A stretch of DNA of 64,000 nucleotides from the human T2T-CHM13v2.0 reference genome, Homo sapiens, in the NCBI RefSeq assembly GCF_009914755.1, contig NC_060929.1, one strand, 5' to 3'. Under the pieces are notes generated by a model that saw only the letters and a list, made by a program, of their open reading frames with translations, ran no database searches and was not told where the DNA came from. Positions 31,967 to 49,074 of the stretch are shown here, piece by piece. The first letter of the stretch is position 1, and every line of letters starts with the position of its first letter. The translations under genes were made by a program, and so were the position numbers.

Positions 31967-33226
31967 TTCTAGTCTCATCTTTTACATGACTCCCAAACAT
32001 AAATCTCCTAATCATTTCACTCTTCTACCAGCCTTTCAGACCCTTTAATTTCAGACCCTGTAATACAACCTTATTGCCAATAAAATAAAATCCAAACTCA
32101 TAGGGACTATCCAGATTCCTGGAGCATAAGGTTTGAGTATATGCTTTATATTTATATCTATTGTTTTGCGAAAAAAAGGTAGTTTTGGTTTCTATTACAA
32201 AGTCAAATTTTCTCTTTCTCTTTCTCTTTGTCTCTCTCTCTGTCTCTCCCTCTCTCTCTATACATGTGTGTGTATATACACACACACACATATTCACATA
32301 TACATACGTACATATTATAAACCCTAATTGCAAACCTTTGGTGCAAAATATGTTGGAAAATGGATTATCTTATTCATTTTGGGGTACCACACTTACATTA
32401 GAAAACACCATTTGGAAATTTGCAGAGTAGTGTGAAGGGAAAGGTGAGGCAATGTAACACAATGTCCCTTTTGGAAATAGTTAAAAAAATAAAAATGTTT
32501 GGTTTGTAAAAGAGAAGTAGAGACATATAGGTGATGGGATATCATTGATGTCTCTTAAGTATGAAGGCTTTGCATATTTTGTTTAGTAACTCCTCTCTCT
32601 TCATGGTTTGTACTTCTCTACTCTGAGGGGATGTGTGTGTGTGTGTGTGTGTGTGTAATTTTTAATAGTCTTGCTTTGACAATTAAGTTATTAATTTATC
32701 CACAAATGAGTTCTGGCAGAAGATAAATGTAGAATTTCATTTCTATATGGATAACCATATAGATACATAGAGACATAGGTAGTTGGATAGATGAAGATTT
32801 TCTTCCATTCATGCCTGAACTTCAAGGCAGAAAGCTGAAGCTGCCTTATATTATGATTTCAGAAGACAAAAGTAAAAAGCTAAGCTTGTTGAAGAGATGA
32901 CAGTAAGTGTCATATGGGGAGAAACAAAATTCTTGGGATTGTGGAGAGAGAGAGATGTCTCCTGAGACTGGAATGTAACAGAAGTCATTCAGATACATTT
33001 CCTCTGTTGGAGTAGCACTCCCAGAAGGTGACAGCACCTCAAAAGAAATGGCTGGGCCTTGTGCCTTAGGAGACAGGACCCCACAGCTTAGTAGAGGCAT
33101 AAAAATCTTCCCTGGGCCTAACTGTGGCCCATAAGAGGTATGACAAACCAAAGGAGGCCATATAGATGGGACAATTGACCCAATACCCTGAGGTACCTCT
33201 CCAGTGCTTTGTTGATGCATGAGCAC

Positions 33227-33722
33227 TGTGAAAGGAAATTAAATTTTGGGACCCCAAACTCATTTAGCCAAAAGGAAAAGTCAACCTGGGAACTGGGTCA
33301 CACAAACCTGCCTCCACCTTTTGGCTGCTAAATAAGATGGCTATACAATGAAAAGGTACTTGCCTCCCCCATGTTTTGCCCACAGGGAAATTCCTGGTGA
33401 GCTGCTAAAACTTCACCATGGCAATGCAAATTGATAGCTTTATAAAAATGCAGTCAACCCAGCTCTCCAGACACAAATGCATATCTGGTTGTTCCCCTAC
33501 CCCATTTGTCGGTGTTATGTAAAATGAAGATTCCCCCCATTTTTCCTTTGACCCTTTTGTTTTTGTGAAAACTGTATGCTTCTCAATATACCACCCTTTC
33601 CCTTTTAAATTTGGACCCCTCAAAATCATCTTCAGAGAAAGGCATAGACCTGTATCCCAGGCGCATCCTTAACTTTGGCAAATAAATCTCCAAAAATGAT
33701 TGAGACTTGTCTTCCATTGACA
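33227..33722 (+). mobile_element. MER4-group ERV1 solo LTR
   Basis: TGTGAAAGGAAATTAAATTTTGGGACCCCAAA ... AATAAA ... TTGACA; 4-bp TSD GCAC/GTAC. Confidence 0.8.
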
Positions 33723-34055
33723 GTACCCAGGACCTTTGTAAACCCTGGGGCAAGGGCAGGGCTAATAACAATTGAGAGGAAATATTCAACCAATCAAGCA
33801 AAACAGAGTCTTGGAGTAGCCAATTTAAAGAAAGTACAGAAATACTATTTATTGCATACATATATATGTTCATCAACTGATTCATAACTACTATGTAAAT
33901 TTTAACTTTATAGTACTAAATTTAAAAATTGGCAATTTTTTTCAGAAATAGTAAGTATAAATATAATCTGTAATCAACACAAAACACTAATATTCAAAAT
34001 ACTGAAAACTGAAGCATTTAAAGTGTTTACAGGTGCTTTAGAAACCCTTGGACAA

Positions 34056-35704
34056 GATAGGAAGAATCAATATCGTGAAAATGGCCATACTGCTCAAAGT
34101 AATTAATAGATTCAATGCTATCCCCATCAAGCTACCATTGACTTTCTTCACAGAATTAGGAGAAAACTTCTTTAAATTTCATATGGAACCAAAAAAAGGG
34201 CCCATATAGCCAAGACAATCCTAAGCAAAAAGAACAAACCTGGAGGCATCACACTACCTGACTTCAAACGATACTACAAGGCTACAGTAACCAAAACAGC
34301 ATGGTACTGGTACCAAAACAGATATATAGACCAATGAAACAGAATAGAGGCCACAGAAATAATGCCACACATCTACAACCATCTGATCTTTGACAAACCT
34401 GACAAAAACAAACAATGGGGAAAGGATTCCCCATTTAATAAATGGTATTGGGAAAACTGGCTAGCCATATGGAGAAAACTGAAACTGGACCCCTTCCTTA
34501 CACCTTATACAAAAATTAACTCAAGATGGTTTAAAAACTTAAATGTAAAACCTAAAACCATAAAAACCTTAGAAGAAAACCTAGGCAATACCATTCAGGA
34601 CATAGGCATGGGCAAAGGCTTCATGACTAAAACACCAAAAGCAATGGCAACAAAAGCCAAAATTGACAAATGGGATCTAATTAAACTAAAGAGCTTCTAG
34701 ACAGCGAAAGAAAGTATCATCAGAGTGAACAGGCAACCTACAGAATGGAATAAAATTTTTTCAGTCTATCCATCTGACAAAGGGCTAATATCCAGAATCT
34801 AAAATGAATTTAAACAAATTTACAAGAAATAAACAACCCCTTCAAAAAGTGGGTAAACAGACACTTCTCAAAAGAAGACATATATGTGGTCAAAAAACAT
34901 ACGAAAAAAGGCTCATCATCACTGGTCATTAGAAAAATGCAAATCAAAACCACAATGAGATACCATATCATACCACTTAGAATGGCGATCATTAAAAAGT
35001 CAGGAAACAATGGATGCTATAGAGGATGTGGAGAAATAGGAACGCTTTTACACTGTTAGTGGGAGTGTAAATTAGTTCAACGATTGTGGAAGACAGTGTA
35101 GTGATTCCTCAATGATCTAGAACCAGAAATACTATTTGACCCAGCAATCCCATTACTGGGTATATACCCAAAGGATTATAAATCATCCTACTATAAACAC
35201 ACATGCACACATATGCTTATTGCAGCACTATTCACAGTAGCAAAGACTTGGAACCAACCCAAATACTCATCAATGATAGACTGGATAAAGAAAATGTAGC
35301 ACATATACACCATGGAATACTATGCAGCCATTAAAAAGGATGAATTCATGTCCTTTGAAGGGACATGGATGAAGCTGGAAACCATCATTCTCAGCAAACT
35401 AACACAGGAACAGAAAACCAAACACCACATGTTCTCACTCATAAGTGGGAGTTGAACAATGAGAACATGTGGACATAGGGAGGGGAACGTCAAACACTAG
35501 GGACTGTTGGGGGTGTGGGGGTAGGGGAGGGATAGCAATAGGAGAAATACCTAAGTTAGATGACAGGCTGATGGGTGCAGCAAACCACCATGGCATGTGT
35601 AGCAAACCACCATGACACGTGCATACCTATGTAACAAACCCACATGTTCTGCACATGTATCCCAGAACTTAAAGTATAAGGAAAAAAAAAAAAAAAGAAA
35701 GAAA
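34056..35704 (+). mobile_element. 5'-truncated L1PA7/8-like element
   Basis: ORF2 remnants (34362-34700), 3'UTR, A-tail, TSD GAAACCCTTGGACAA/GGAAGCTTTGGACAA. Confidence 0.93.
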
Positions 35705-36451
35705 GGAAGCTTTGGACAATGAGGAAAATGAGTTTAAAAGCATCATTAAAGTTTAAACAGGAAATATTTCCATTCCTATCAATCACTTATTTACTAATTT
35801 ATTCAGGAAAATCACAATGAGCTGATACTGAAATTATAAAGCCCTGTTCTGGCATACTTAGTTAAATATTTCAAATCTCCTTTATTCACCATAGGAAGCC
35901 CTTTGTCTTTGATGCAAACTGCTAATGTGATGAATGGTTTAGGAAGGAGCTACAAAAGGGATGTAATTGTCCATGAATTCTTGTATTGGATTTATGTTGT
36001 ATGCCAGTACTTTTTATTTATTTGCAACTAACAGAAAAAGAAAAATGGAAATAAAATTCTAAAAGTGGGCCAAGATGGCTTCAGGTTAGCCATATGCATA
36101 ATAAAAACTAGGCCTACATACTAAAACTGAACTCTCCTCTGCAGGGCTGGATTCTGTCAAATATTTCATCAATGTTTACTGATTACAACTTTGTCTATCA
36201 GATAAAACACAAAGGCAAGATATAATAAGTCATCACTTTCCAGATCATAAGAAACCTACATGCTCATTAACATTTTACCCTACATACCGTAACCACATAT
36301 TTGCTTTATCTTACATGTAATGTAAATGAGCATCACTCAAAATTATAAGAATGTCACTTTCACTTCACTGCTCCCCTTCTTCTATTTCCTATGTAACAGA
36401 ATGTATAAATACAGTGTTTTGTGTAGCCCATTTGGGAACACATTCTCAATT

Positions 36452-36756
36452 CTTTTGTTTGTTTTTTGTTTTTTTGGGACGGAGTCTCACTCTGTCGCCC
36501 AGGCTGGAGTGCAGTGGCGTGATCTCGGCTCACTGCAAGCCCCACCTCCTGGGTTCAAGCCATTCTCTTGCCTCAGCCTCCTGAGTAGCTGGGACTACAG
36601 GCGCCCGCCACCACGCCCGGCTAATTTTTTTGTATTTTTAGTAGAGACGGGGTTTCACCCTGTTAGCCAGGATGCTCTTGTACTCCGGACTCATGATCTG
36701 CCCGCCTCGGCCTCCAAAAGTGCTGGCATTACAGTTGTCAGCCACGACGCCCGGCC
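36452..36756 (-). mobile_element. AluY-like SINE in the 5' LTR
   Basis: CpG-rich Alu; TSD ACATTCTCAATT/ACATTCTCAGTT. Confidence 0.93.
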
Positions 36757-37883
36757 ACATTCTCAGTTTGCACTGACTGAGTCTGTGTTTCCCGAGCTAT
36801 TAGTCCTCAAACTTGGATCAGAATAAAATTAACTTAAAATTTCTTTAAGGTGAGGGTGGAGCCAAGATGGCCGAATAGCAGCAGCTCCAGTCTACAGCTC
36901 CCAAAGTGAGCAACGCAGAAGATGGGTGATTTCTGCATATCCAACTGAGGTACCGGGTTCATCTCACTGGGGAGTGCCGGACAGTGGGTGCAGGAGAGTG
37001 GGTGCAGCACACCGTGTGTGAGCTGAAGCAGGGCGAGACATCGCCTCACACAGGAAGCGCAAGGAGGCAGGGAATTCCCTTTCCTAGGCAAAGAAAGGGG
37101 TGACAGATGGCACATGGAATATCGGGTCACTCCCACCCTAATACTGCGCTTTTCCAACGGGCTTAACAAACGGCACACCAGGAGATTATATCTCACACCT
37201 GGCGCAGAGGGTCTTACACCCATGGAGCATCGCTCATTGCTAGCACAGCAGTCTGAGATCAAACTGCAAGGCAGCAGCAAGGCTGGGGGAGGGGTGCCTG
37301 CCATTGCCAAGGCTTGAGTAGGTAAACAAAGTGGCCAAGAAGCTTGAACTGGGTAGAGCCCATCACAGCTCAAGGAGGCTGGCCTGCCTGCCTCTGTAGG
37401 CTCCACCTCTAGGGGCAGGGCACAGACAAAGAAAAGGCAGCAGTAACCTCTGCAGACTTAAATGTCCCTGTCTGACAGCTTTGAAGAGAGTAGCAGTTCT
37501 CCCAGCACGCAGTTCGAGATCTGAGAACAGGCAGACTGCCTCCTCAAGTGGGTCCCTGACCCCCGAGTAGCCTAACTGGGAAGCACCCCCCAGTAGGGGC
37601 GGTCTGACACCTCACATGGCCGGGTACTCCTCTGAGACAAAACAACCAGAGGAACAATCAGGCAGCAGCATTTGCGGTTCACCAATATCCACTGTTCCGC
37701 AGCCACTGCTGCTGACACCCAGGCAAACAGGGTCTGGAATGGACCTCCAGCAAACTCCAACAGACCTGCAGCTGAGGGTACTGACTGTTAGAAGGAAAAC
37801 TAACAAACAGAAAGGACATCCACACCAAAAACCCATCTGTACGTCACTATCATCAAAGACCAAAGGTAGATAAAACCACAAAG

Positions 37884-38900
37884 ATGGGGAAAAAACAGAG
37901 CAGAAAAACTGGAAACTCTAAAAATCAGAGTGCCTCTCCTCCTCCAAAGGAATGCAGCTCCTCACCAGCAACAGAAGAAAGCTGGATAGAGAATGACTTT
38001 GACAAGTTGAGAGAAGAAGGCTTCAGAAGATCAAACTACTCTGAGCTAAAGGAGGAAGTTCCAACCAATGGCAAAGAAGTTAAAAACCCTGAAAAACGAT
38101 TAGATGAATGGCTAACTAGAATAACCAATGCAGAGAAGTCCTTAAAGGACCTGATGGAGCTGAAAACCACGGCACAACAACTACGTGACGAATCCACAAG
38201 CCTCAGTAGCCGATGTGATCAACTGGAAGAAAGGGTATCAATGATGGAAGATGAAATGAATGAAATGAAGCAAGAAGGGAAGTTTAGAGAAAAAAGAATA
38301 AAAAGAAACAAACAAAGCCTCCAAGAAATATGGGACTATGTGAAAAGACCAAATCTACGTCTGACTGGTGTACCTGAAAGTGACGGGGAGAATGGAACCA
38401 AGTTGGAAAACACTCTGTAGGATATTATCCAGGAGAACTTTCCCAGTCTAGCAAGGCAGGCCAACATTCAAATTCAGGAAATACAGAGAATGCCACAAAG
38501 ATACTCCTCGAGAAGAGCAACTCCAAGACACATTATTGTCAGATTCACCAAAGTTGAAATGAAGGAAAAAATGTTAAGCGCAACCACAGAGAAAGGTCGG
38601 GATACCCACAAAGGGAAGCCCATCAGACTAACAGCGGATCTCTCGGCAGAAACTCTACAAGCCAGAAGAGAGTGAGGGCCAATATTCAACATTCTTAAAG
38701 AAAAGAATTTTCAACCCAGAATTTCCTATCCAGCCAAACTAAGTTTCATAAGTGAAGGAGAAATAAAATACTTTACAGACAAGCAAATGCTGAGAGATTC
38801 TGTCACCACCAGGCCTGCCCTAAAAGAGCTCCTGAAGGAAGCACTCAACATGGAAAGGAACAACCAGTACCAGCCACTGCAAAAACATGCCAAATTGCAA
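37884..38900 (+). pseudogene. L1 ORF1p, disrupted
   Basis: MGKKQSRKTGNSK start; premature TAG at 38418 and TGA at 38673. Confidence 0.93.
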
Positions 38901-38948
38901 AGACCATCAAGGCTGGGAAGAAACTGCATCAACTAACGAGCAAAATGA

Positions 38949-42790
<3,842 letters not shown>

Positions 42791-43038
42791 CAGGAAGGGG
42801 AACATCACACACCAGGGACTGTTGTGGGGTGGGTGGAGGGGGAGGGATAGCATTAGGAGATACACCTAATGCTAAATGACAAGGTAATGGGTGCAACACA
42901 CCAACATGGCACATGTATATATATGTAACGAACCTGCACATTGTGCACACGTACCCTAAAACTTAAAGTATAATAATAAAATTAAAAAAAAATGTCTTTA
43001 AGGTATAATGCCTTTTACTTAACCTTTAGGTTGACAGA

Positions 43039-43058
43039 TGGCATAGTCGGCAGAATTC
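43039..43058 (+). promoter_or_regulatory. Retroviral primer-binding site, tRNA-Ser type
   Basis: TGGCATAGTCGGCAGAATTC 2 nt after the LTR end; 2 mismatches to the complement of the tRNA-Ser 3' end (TGGCGTAGTCGGCAGGATTC). Confidence 0.85.
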
Positions 43059-43860
43059 CAGCCAGATTCAGGGACACACAGGACTCATCTTAAGGAACTC
43101 AGTTCTTGGTACCAGCACAAAAGCATTGTGTTTGATCCAACTCTAGGGGAACCACTGGGTTTACATGGTGGGTTACCTGGAATCCAGTCGTCCCTCTCTT
43201 TTGCTAGAGGTCTAAATTAGCTTTACTTAGGACCTCTAAGAGGAGTAGTACATCATGTGTTTGCTAAGTTCTCCCTAGGGTTATCCCTTTGTTCTAAATT
43301 GCTACGAAGAAAGGAAAGAAAAGTAAGGTCAACCAAGCATTGCTGCAGTTAAAATGGTGGTTTCTTTGATCAGCTGAATGTTTCTCTTTTCAAACCTCTT
43401 TTGTCTGTACCAACCCTTTTATATTCCTTCTGAGAGCAATTGCGATAAAATTGCTCCAAAGTTATGAGACATTTGCTCCCTCCAGCCCAAATCTCAGATA
43501 TTCTTAGGTAACTAAGGATCTCTTAGAGGTGTTGGAAGGGGATCTCTCCTGATGGGCAGTCCCATAGGGTTCCCCCAGAAGGACAAAAACAAACAAAACA
43601 AAACAAAACAAAACAAAAACAAACAAACAAACAAAAAAAGCAGGTAAAATACTTAAGGTCCTCTGGGAAATGCTCACAAATGGGTGGTCACCTAGCATTT
43701 GGAGTACTGCACTGCCTCGCATGAAGGTGAGCTTTCTTGAGACACATGAGGGTAACCTACTTGGGGTTGAGAGCCTGAGGAGTGTACCTCTTAGCAATAC
43801 ACCTTTGACCTTAAATACATCCTTGACTTGGTGTAGACAAAGGAGAGAAGAGGGGAAAAC

Positions 43861-45205
43861 ATAAGAAATAATACATCTAACTGAAAGTATAAGGAAAACA
43901 CCTCCTAAGACACCAGCTGGATTTATGACTAAAAATTATAATGCTTCTTGTAAATTTTTGACTCATTAGACCAACATCATTAAAAATGAAATTAGTTTAA
44001 TTTGGCCAAAATGGGACTCTTTTGAGATCCCGAAACTGGTTTACTTATGGGCACAATTGCAAAGAGCTGGCTCAAGAATTAAGCAGAAAGAATGGGATAG
44101 AATTTCAAATGGCATTTAGAAACTTTACAAAGGGGAATGATAAAATTGCTTCTATACATGAAGTGAACCACAATATCTTGGAAACCATTTCTCGACTGAA
44201 AAAATTATTCAAAGTTTCCACTGTTTTGCCTTCTCTTGCTACCACTCCTTCCCCTCTGCTTCTTGAACCTTCCTCTCACTTGGTTTCAGAACTGCCTTGT
44301 CCAGATTTTCTTCACTCCCTCCTCCACCACCCTCTGAGGTTTTAGCAGCACTCTTTAGAGAAAAAACTAAACCAAGTGGGGAACCTTCAATAACCTATAT
44401 CTCCAGGACTAAGGCATAATTCAGAGATAGTGCTAAGGAGTTTCCTGATCCTACCCAAGATCCTGTAGGTGTCACTAAGAAATTCAATCTAACCACCAGG
44501 ACTTATGAACCTGACTATTGAGATTTATAACAATTAATTTATATGCTGGCATCTGAAAGAAAAAGCTGAATAATGGCTATCAAAAGGTTGACTAGAAAAA
44601 TCCACTAAGCAATTTTCTTAAGCAGACAGCTGAAGACAGGGAGAAGGCCCAAGAACCAGTAAATTGTTTCGCACAAATAATTCCCCAGGTATTTTCTAAG
44701 ATTGCTTGCTGGTCAGTCTAAAGTCCAGCACTGTAAACAGGACCAAATGAAACTATGCTAGACTATTATATTGAAAGATTTGAAAAGGTTTTCAAACAAT
44801 ATTTGGGAATGAATGAAGACAGTCTAAGGAATTGTCAAAATGATTCTTTATTAAATTCAACCTTTCTTAACAGATTGGATGAGCAATTGGCCAATGTGGT
44901 CAAATTGCACCAAATAAATTGGGATTGCGTACACACTTCGGAATTAGGGAAACTGATAAACTGACCAAAGTTATACAGCCAAAGAAGGATAACAAGATCA
45001 CTAAAATCACGAACTTACAACTCCAGCAACTCACTGGTCAGATATGCAGATCAAAATAGAGGACTCCCTTTCCAAAGGGAACCTCAGAAACATCTAAATG
45101 TGTCTGTTATTATTGCAAGGAACCAGGACATCTGAAGAAAGATTGCAAAAAGTTGAAATGGGCACAGAAATTAACAAGAATAAATATAAAAGAAAGAAGA
45201 GGTAT
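43861..45205 (+). pseudogene. ERV gag (MA, CA, NC), decayed
   Basis: KTPAGFM..IWPKWDSF (MA); EFPDPTQDP and DYYIERFEKVFKQY (CA/MHR region); zinc knuckle CYYCKEPGHLKKDC at 45105-45146. Confidence 0.85.
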
Positions 45206-45325
45206 GGGAGGCTCTGAGGAAATAAAGAGGGCCTTTCCCTTGCTTTTAAGTCATAATCTGGGGGAAGTGAAGATAGATAAATAGGTAGATAGGTAGGTAG
45301 GTAGGTAGGTAGATAGATAGATAGG

Positions 45326-45371
<46 letters not shown>

Positions 45372-48300
45372 TAATAGAGAACAAATTAAAGCATTAATTG
45401 ACACAAGAGCTACCTTTTCTATCCTCAACCCCACCTTTCCTAAAGAGCCTTCTTCCTCAGAGTAATCAAACTATTCAAATATTAGGGGTATCTAATCAAC
45501 CAATGACACTATATAAATCAAAACTTTTGCCTTTACAATTAGGAAATTTAGATGAATACCATTCTTTCCTTTTGGTGCCTTCCACACCAAAACATTTGAT
45601 AGGAAGAGATTTTCTGGAACTTTATAATGATCATATTTTCTTCTCAAAAAGAAGGAAAATGATTTTGGAAATGACTGAAAAAGAACTGACTAAAAATGAC
45701 AGATCTGAAATTTTGAATCAGATTAAAATTAAAATTCAAACACCAAGTATTATAACAGAAAAAGAACTTGATGATTTGCTAACACATATTCCTAACTATG
45801 GTTCCAATCATCTACTGAAATAGAAGGAATTTTAGTGGCCAATACAAGTACAGGTGGATCCAAATAAGCCACTTTTGAATATTAAACAATATCCATCAAA
45901 ACAGGAAGCTGTAATAGGAATAAAACCAACAATCAAAGATTTCATTGATAAAGGATTATCTCTTATTTCAGTCTTTGTAATAGCCCCATGCTCCCAGTAA
46001 GAAAATCTTATAGGAAAGGATAGAGATTTGTACAAGGTTTGAGCATTATTAACAATATTATGATTCCCCATCATCCAGCAGTCCCAAGCTCTCATACTCT
46101 TTTGTCCAATATACTTGTAAGCAATTAATATTTTACTGTAATTAATTTACATATGTTTCTTTAGCATACCAATAGACCCTGTCAGTAAATATTTGTTTGC
46201 CTTTACCTGAGATGGCTTTCAATATACCTAGAATGTTATGCCTCAAGTTATACCAAAAGTCCAACTTATCTTTTGTAAATATTAAGGGCTGACCATGCTG
46301 AGCTAAATTTTGAAGGAAATTCCATTCTACTTAAGTATATGGATGATCCCTTGTTATGCTCCACAAATCTGCTATATTGTAAAACCTATTCCCTGTACTT
46401 GCTGGAACAGTTAGCAAAGAGAAGTCATGAGGTATCCAAAGAAAAACTCAAATTTTGCTTAACAGAAGGAAAATATTTGGAACATTTAATTTCTAAGGGG
46501 GGACTACACATAAATCCAAATTGAGTAACTAGAATTCTTGTATACCCCACTCCAAAAACTAGACAGCTAAGGGGGGTTTTAGGTTTAGCTGGCTACCCTA
46601 GCTGGATCTCCAATTTTACTCTCATGGTACAGCAGTTATATACATTGTTGAAAGAAGATCAACTTAAGCCCACGTACTGAACATCAGAAGAACAAAGAGC
46701 TATTCAAGAAAAAAAAGAAAATCTTACAATAGCCCCTGTTTTGGGCCATATTTGGGCTGCTGCTTTTCCTTTTTTTCTCATGAGAGCCACGGCAGCATGC
46801 TGAGGGTTCTAACCCAAAACCATGGAGGACAGTATAGTCCTATTTTCTTATAATAATCTATTGGCTATGATAGTCAGCAATTATGCCCTGTAGCATACCC
46901 CCTTGTCTGAGGGCCACTTTAGCCATTGCCATGCTCCTTAAGGCCACTCAGGAAATTGTAATGGATGCTCTGTTGACTTTATATGTATCTCACTCTGTAG
47001 AAGCTCTCTGGAATTCACATATCATACTCAGCATTTTTCTGTTAGCAGACTGGATTCTTAAGTACTCTTACTCTCTCATCCACATGTTACTATCTCTCCC
47101 TGTAATACTCTTCATTGCCTCTGTTTTTGCTGCCTGAAACAGTTGATGAGATAACTCATTACTGTATTTTTCTCACAGAACAGCTTTTGATGTCCAGACA
47201 GGATTTACAGGAGACACTCCCGGAAAATGCTGATGTTATCTGATTCATTGATGGATCATACCTAAGGGATGGATTTGGGAAATAACGGGCAGGCTATGCC
47301 ATTGTGTCCCTTGTGGACATCATAGAAAGCAATCCCTTACCTAAAGAAAAATCAACATAGTTAGCTTAGTTAACAGCACTCATCAGAGCTTGTCATTTGG
47401 CCAAAAAACAAATGGCTAATATTTACACTGACAGACGTTACATGTAGCTCATGACCTTGGAATGTTATGAAAGCAAAAAGAACATTTAAACTACTCTGGA
47501 CAATCTAGCAAACATAGCTGTCAGGTTTCTGACCTCCTCCTAGAAGCCATCCAATTACAAAAAAATAAGTGGCTATTACAATTCCTGGACATCCCAAACT
47601 TGACTCTCCGGAGGGTAAAGGAAATCATTTTGCTGATGAAGCAGCCAAAAAGGCTACTATAACACAAATAGCAGATGAAACTACAAAGGTAGCTATGTTT
47701 AAAAGAAATTCCATCAAAAAGGAGCTCCGTGAAACTCAAGAAAAGGCTTTAGAGAGAAAAAGGCAGATATAGCTAATCAAGGGGGAGTGCTACCTCCCAA
47801 CAAAAGCCCCCCACCCTTGCTTGTAATTTATGGTATGGACCCAACGACAGACCTATTTTGCTGATGGGATTTCAGTTTGCTATGCTACAACATGTTTATA
47901 AGCTTACTCACTGGGGACCTAAGAAAATGACTGCCTGGGGAAACCAATATTATGGGAAACCCTTACTAGCATAGCTTATAAGGTTTATGCAAAATATCCA
48001 ATTTGTTCAAAGCATAATCCAGGGAAGCCTTTTCACGGATCTCAAGGTTGTTTCTCTTTGCCCATCAGAGCTTTTGAAATTTGGCAAATGGATTTTATCC
48101 AATTACCTCCAGACCAAGGTTATAAATACGTATTAGTTAAGATGTGCATGTTTTCTCATTATGTTGAAACATTTTCTTGTAGAACAGCCACTGCACAAGG
48201 AGTAGGAAAATATTTATTTTGGAACAGGTAACTCCCTCTTGGGGAATTCCTTCCAAATTACACAGTGATAGGAAACTCATTTTTGTGGGACAGATAGTTC

Positions 48301-48974
48301 TCTCAGTTTGTAAAATCAGGCCCATTTTCCAATATTTTTATTGTGTAAACCATCCACAGTCCTCTGCATTGGTGGAATGAACAAACAGAATAATAAAAAC
48401 CCAACTGTCAAAATTAACTAAAGCTTTTCAAATTACTTGGCCCAAGTCTCTTCCATTGGTTTTAGTTAACCTAAGAGCAAGTCCTTTTGAAAAACATCAA
48501 TTATCCCCCTGCAAGATAATTACAGGTTAATCTGGATGAGACTGGATAGAGGATTTCTCCATCCTCATTCAATAACAAACCAACTTATTGAAAGGGGATA
48601 CGCTCCATTTCTGTCAAGGCTTAACCAAACTTCTCTCCCAAAAAGCTAAATTGATAAAACTCTTTTTACAGTGCACTGCTGAGCAATAAAGGTCTTAAGT
48701 ATCATGATCACTAGACATAGGACTATGTTTATTGGAAGAGACATCAACTAAAGGGTTCACCTGAACTTTGTTGGAGAGAACCTTATCAAGTATTATTGAC
48801 ATACCATACCTGTGCAGCTATAATCACTGTGCAACTAAACTTGATATGGTTGACTCCTGGTGTTACATTTCTCATTTAAAGAAAACTCCAACACCTGAAT
48901 GGACTTCTGAGTCTACCAGAGATCTCCAGTTAAAGACCTCTAAGATTCCTGAGCCCTTCAAGGATGGAAAGTAG
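45206..48974 (+). pseudogene. ERV pro-pol (PR, RT, RNase H, IN), decayed
   Basis: ALIDTRATFS (PR, ~45391), MPQ (46238), YMDD (46336-46347), FIDGSY and NIYTD (RNase H), THWG, EIWQMDFIQLP, LHSD, HPQSS (IN); many stops and frameshifts. Confidence 0.88.
45271..45373 (+). repeat. Compound (TAGG)n(TAGA)n tetranucleotide microsatellite within the ERV protease
   Basis: Directly visible. Confidence 0.95.
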
Positions 48975-49074
48975 ATGACATCTGAGTAAACAGCATTTTC
49001 CAAAATACTGGACCAGGTCTGTACTCATGTCAATTTTTTTAACATATACCTTTTGTTTTTGTATTTTTGTTATG

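Noticed and set aside
36834-37406. 190-aa minus-strand ORF as a new gene
   Set aside because: It is the L1 ORF0 frame extended through the 5'UTR (MAGTPPPA...), not unique sequence
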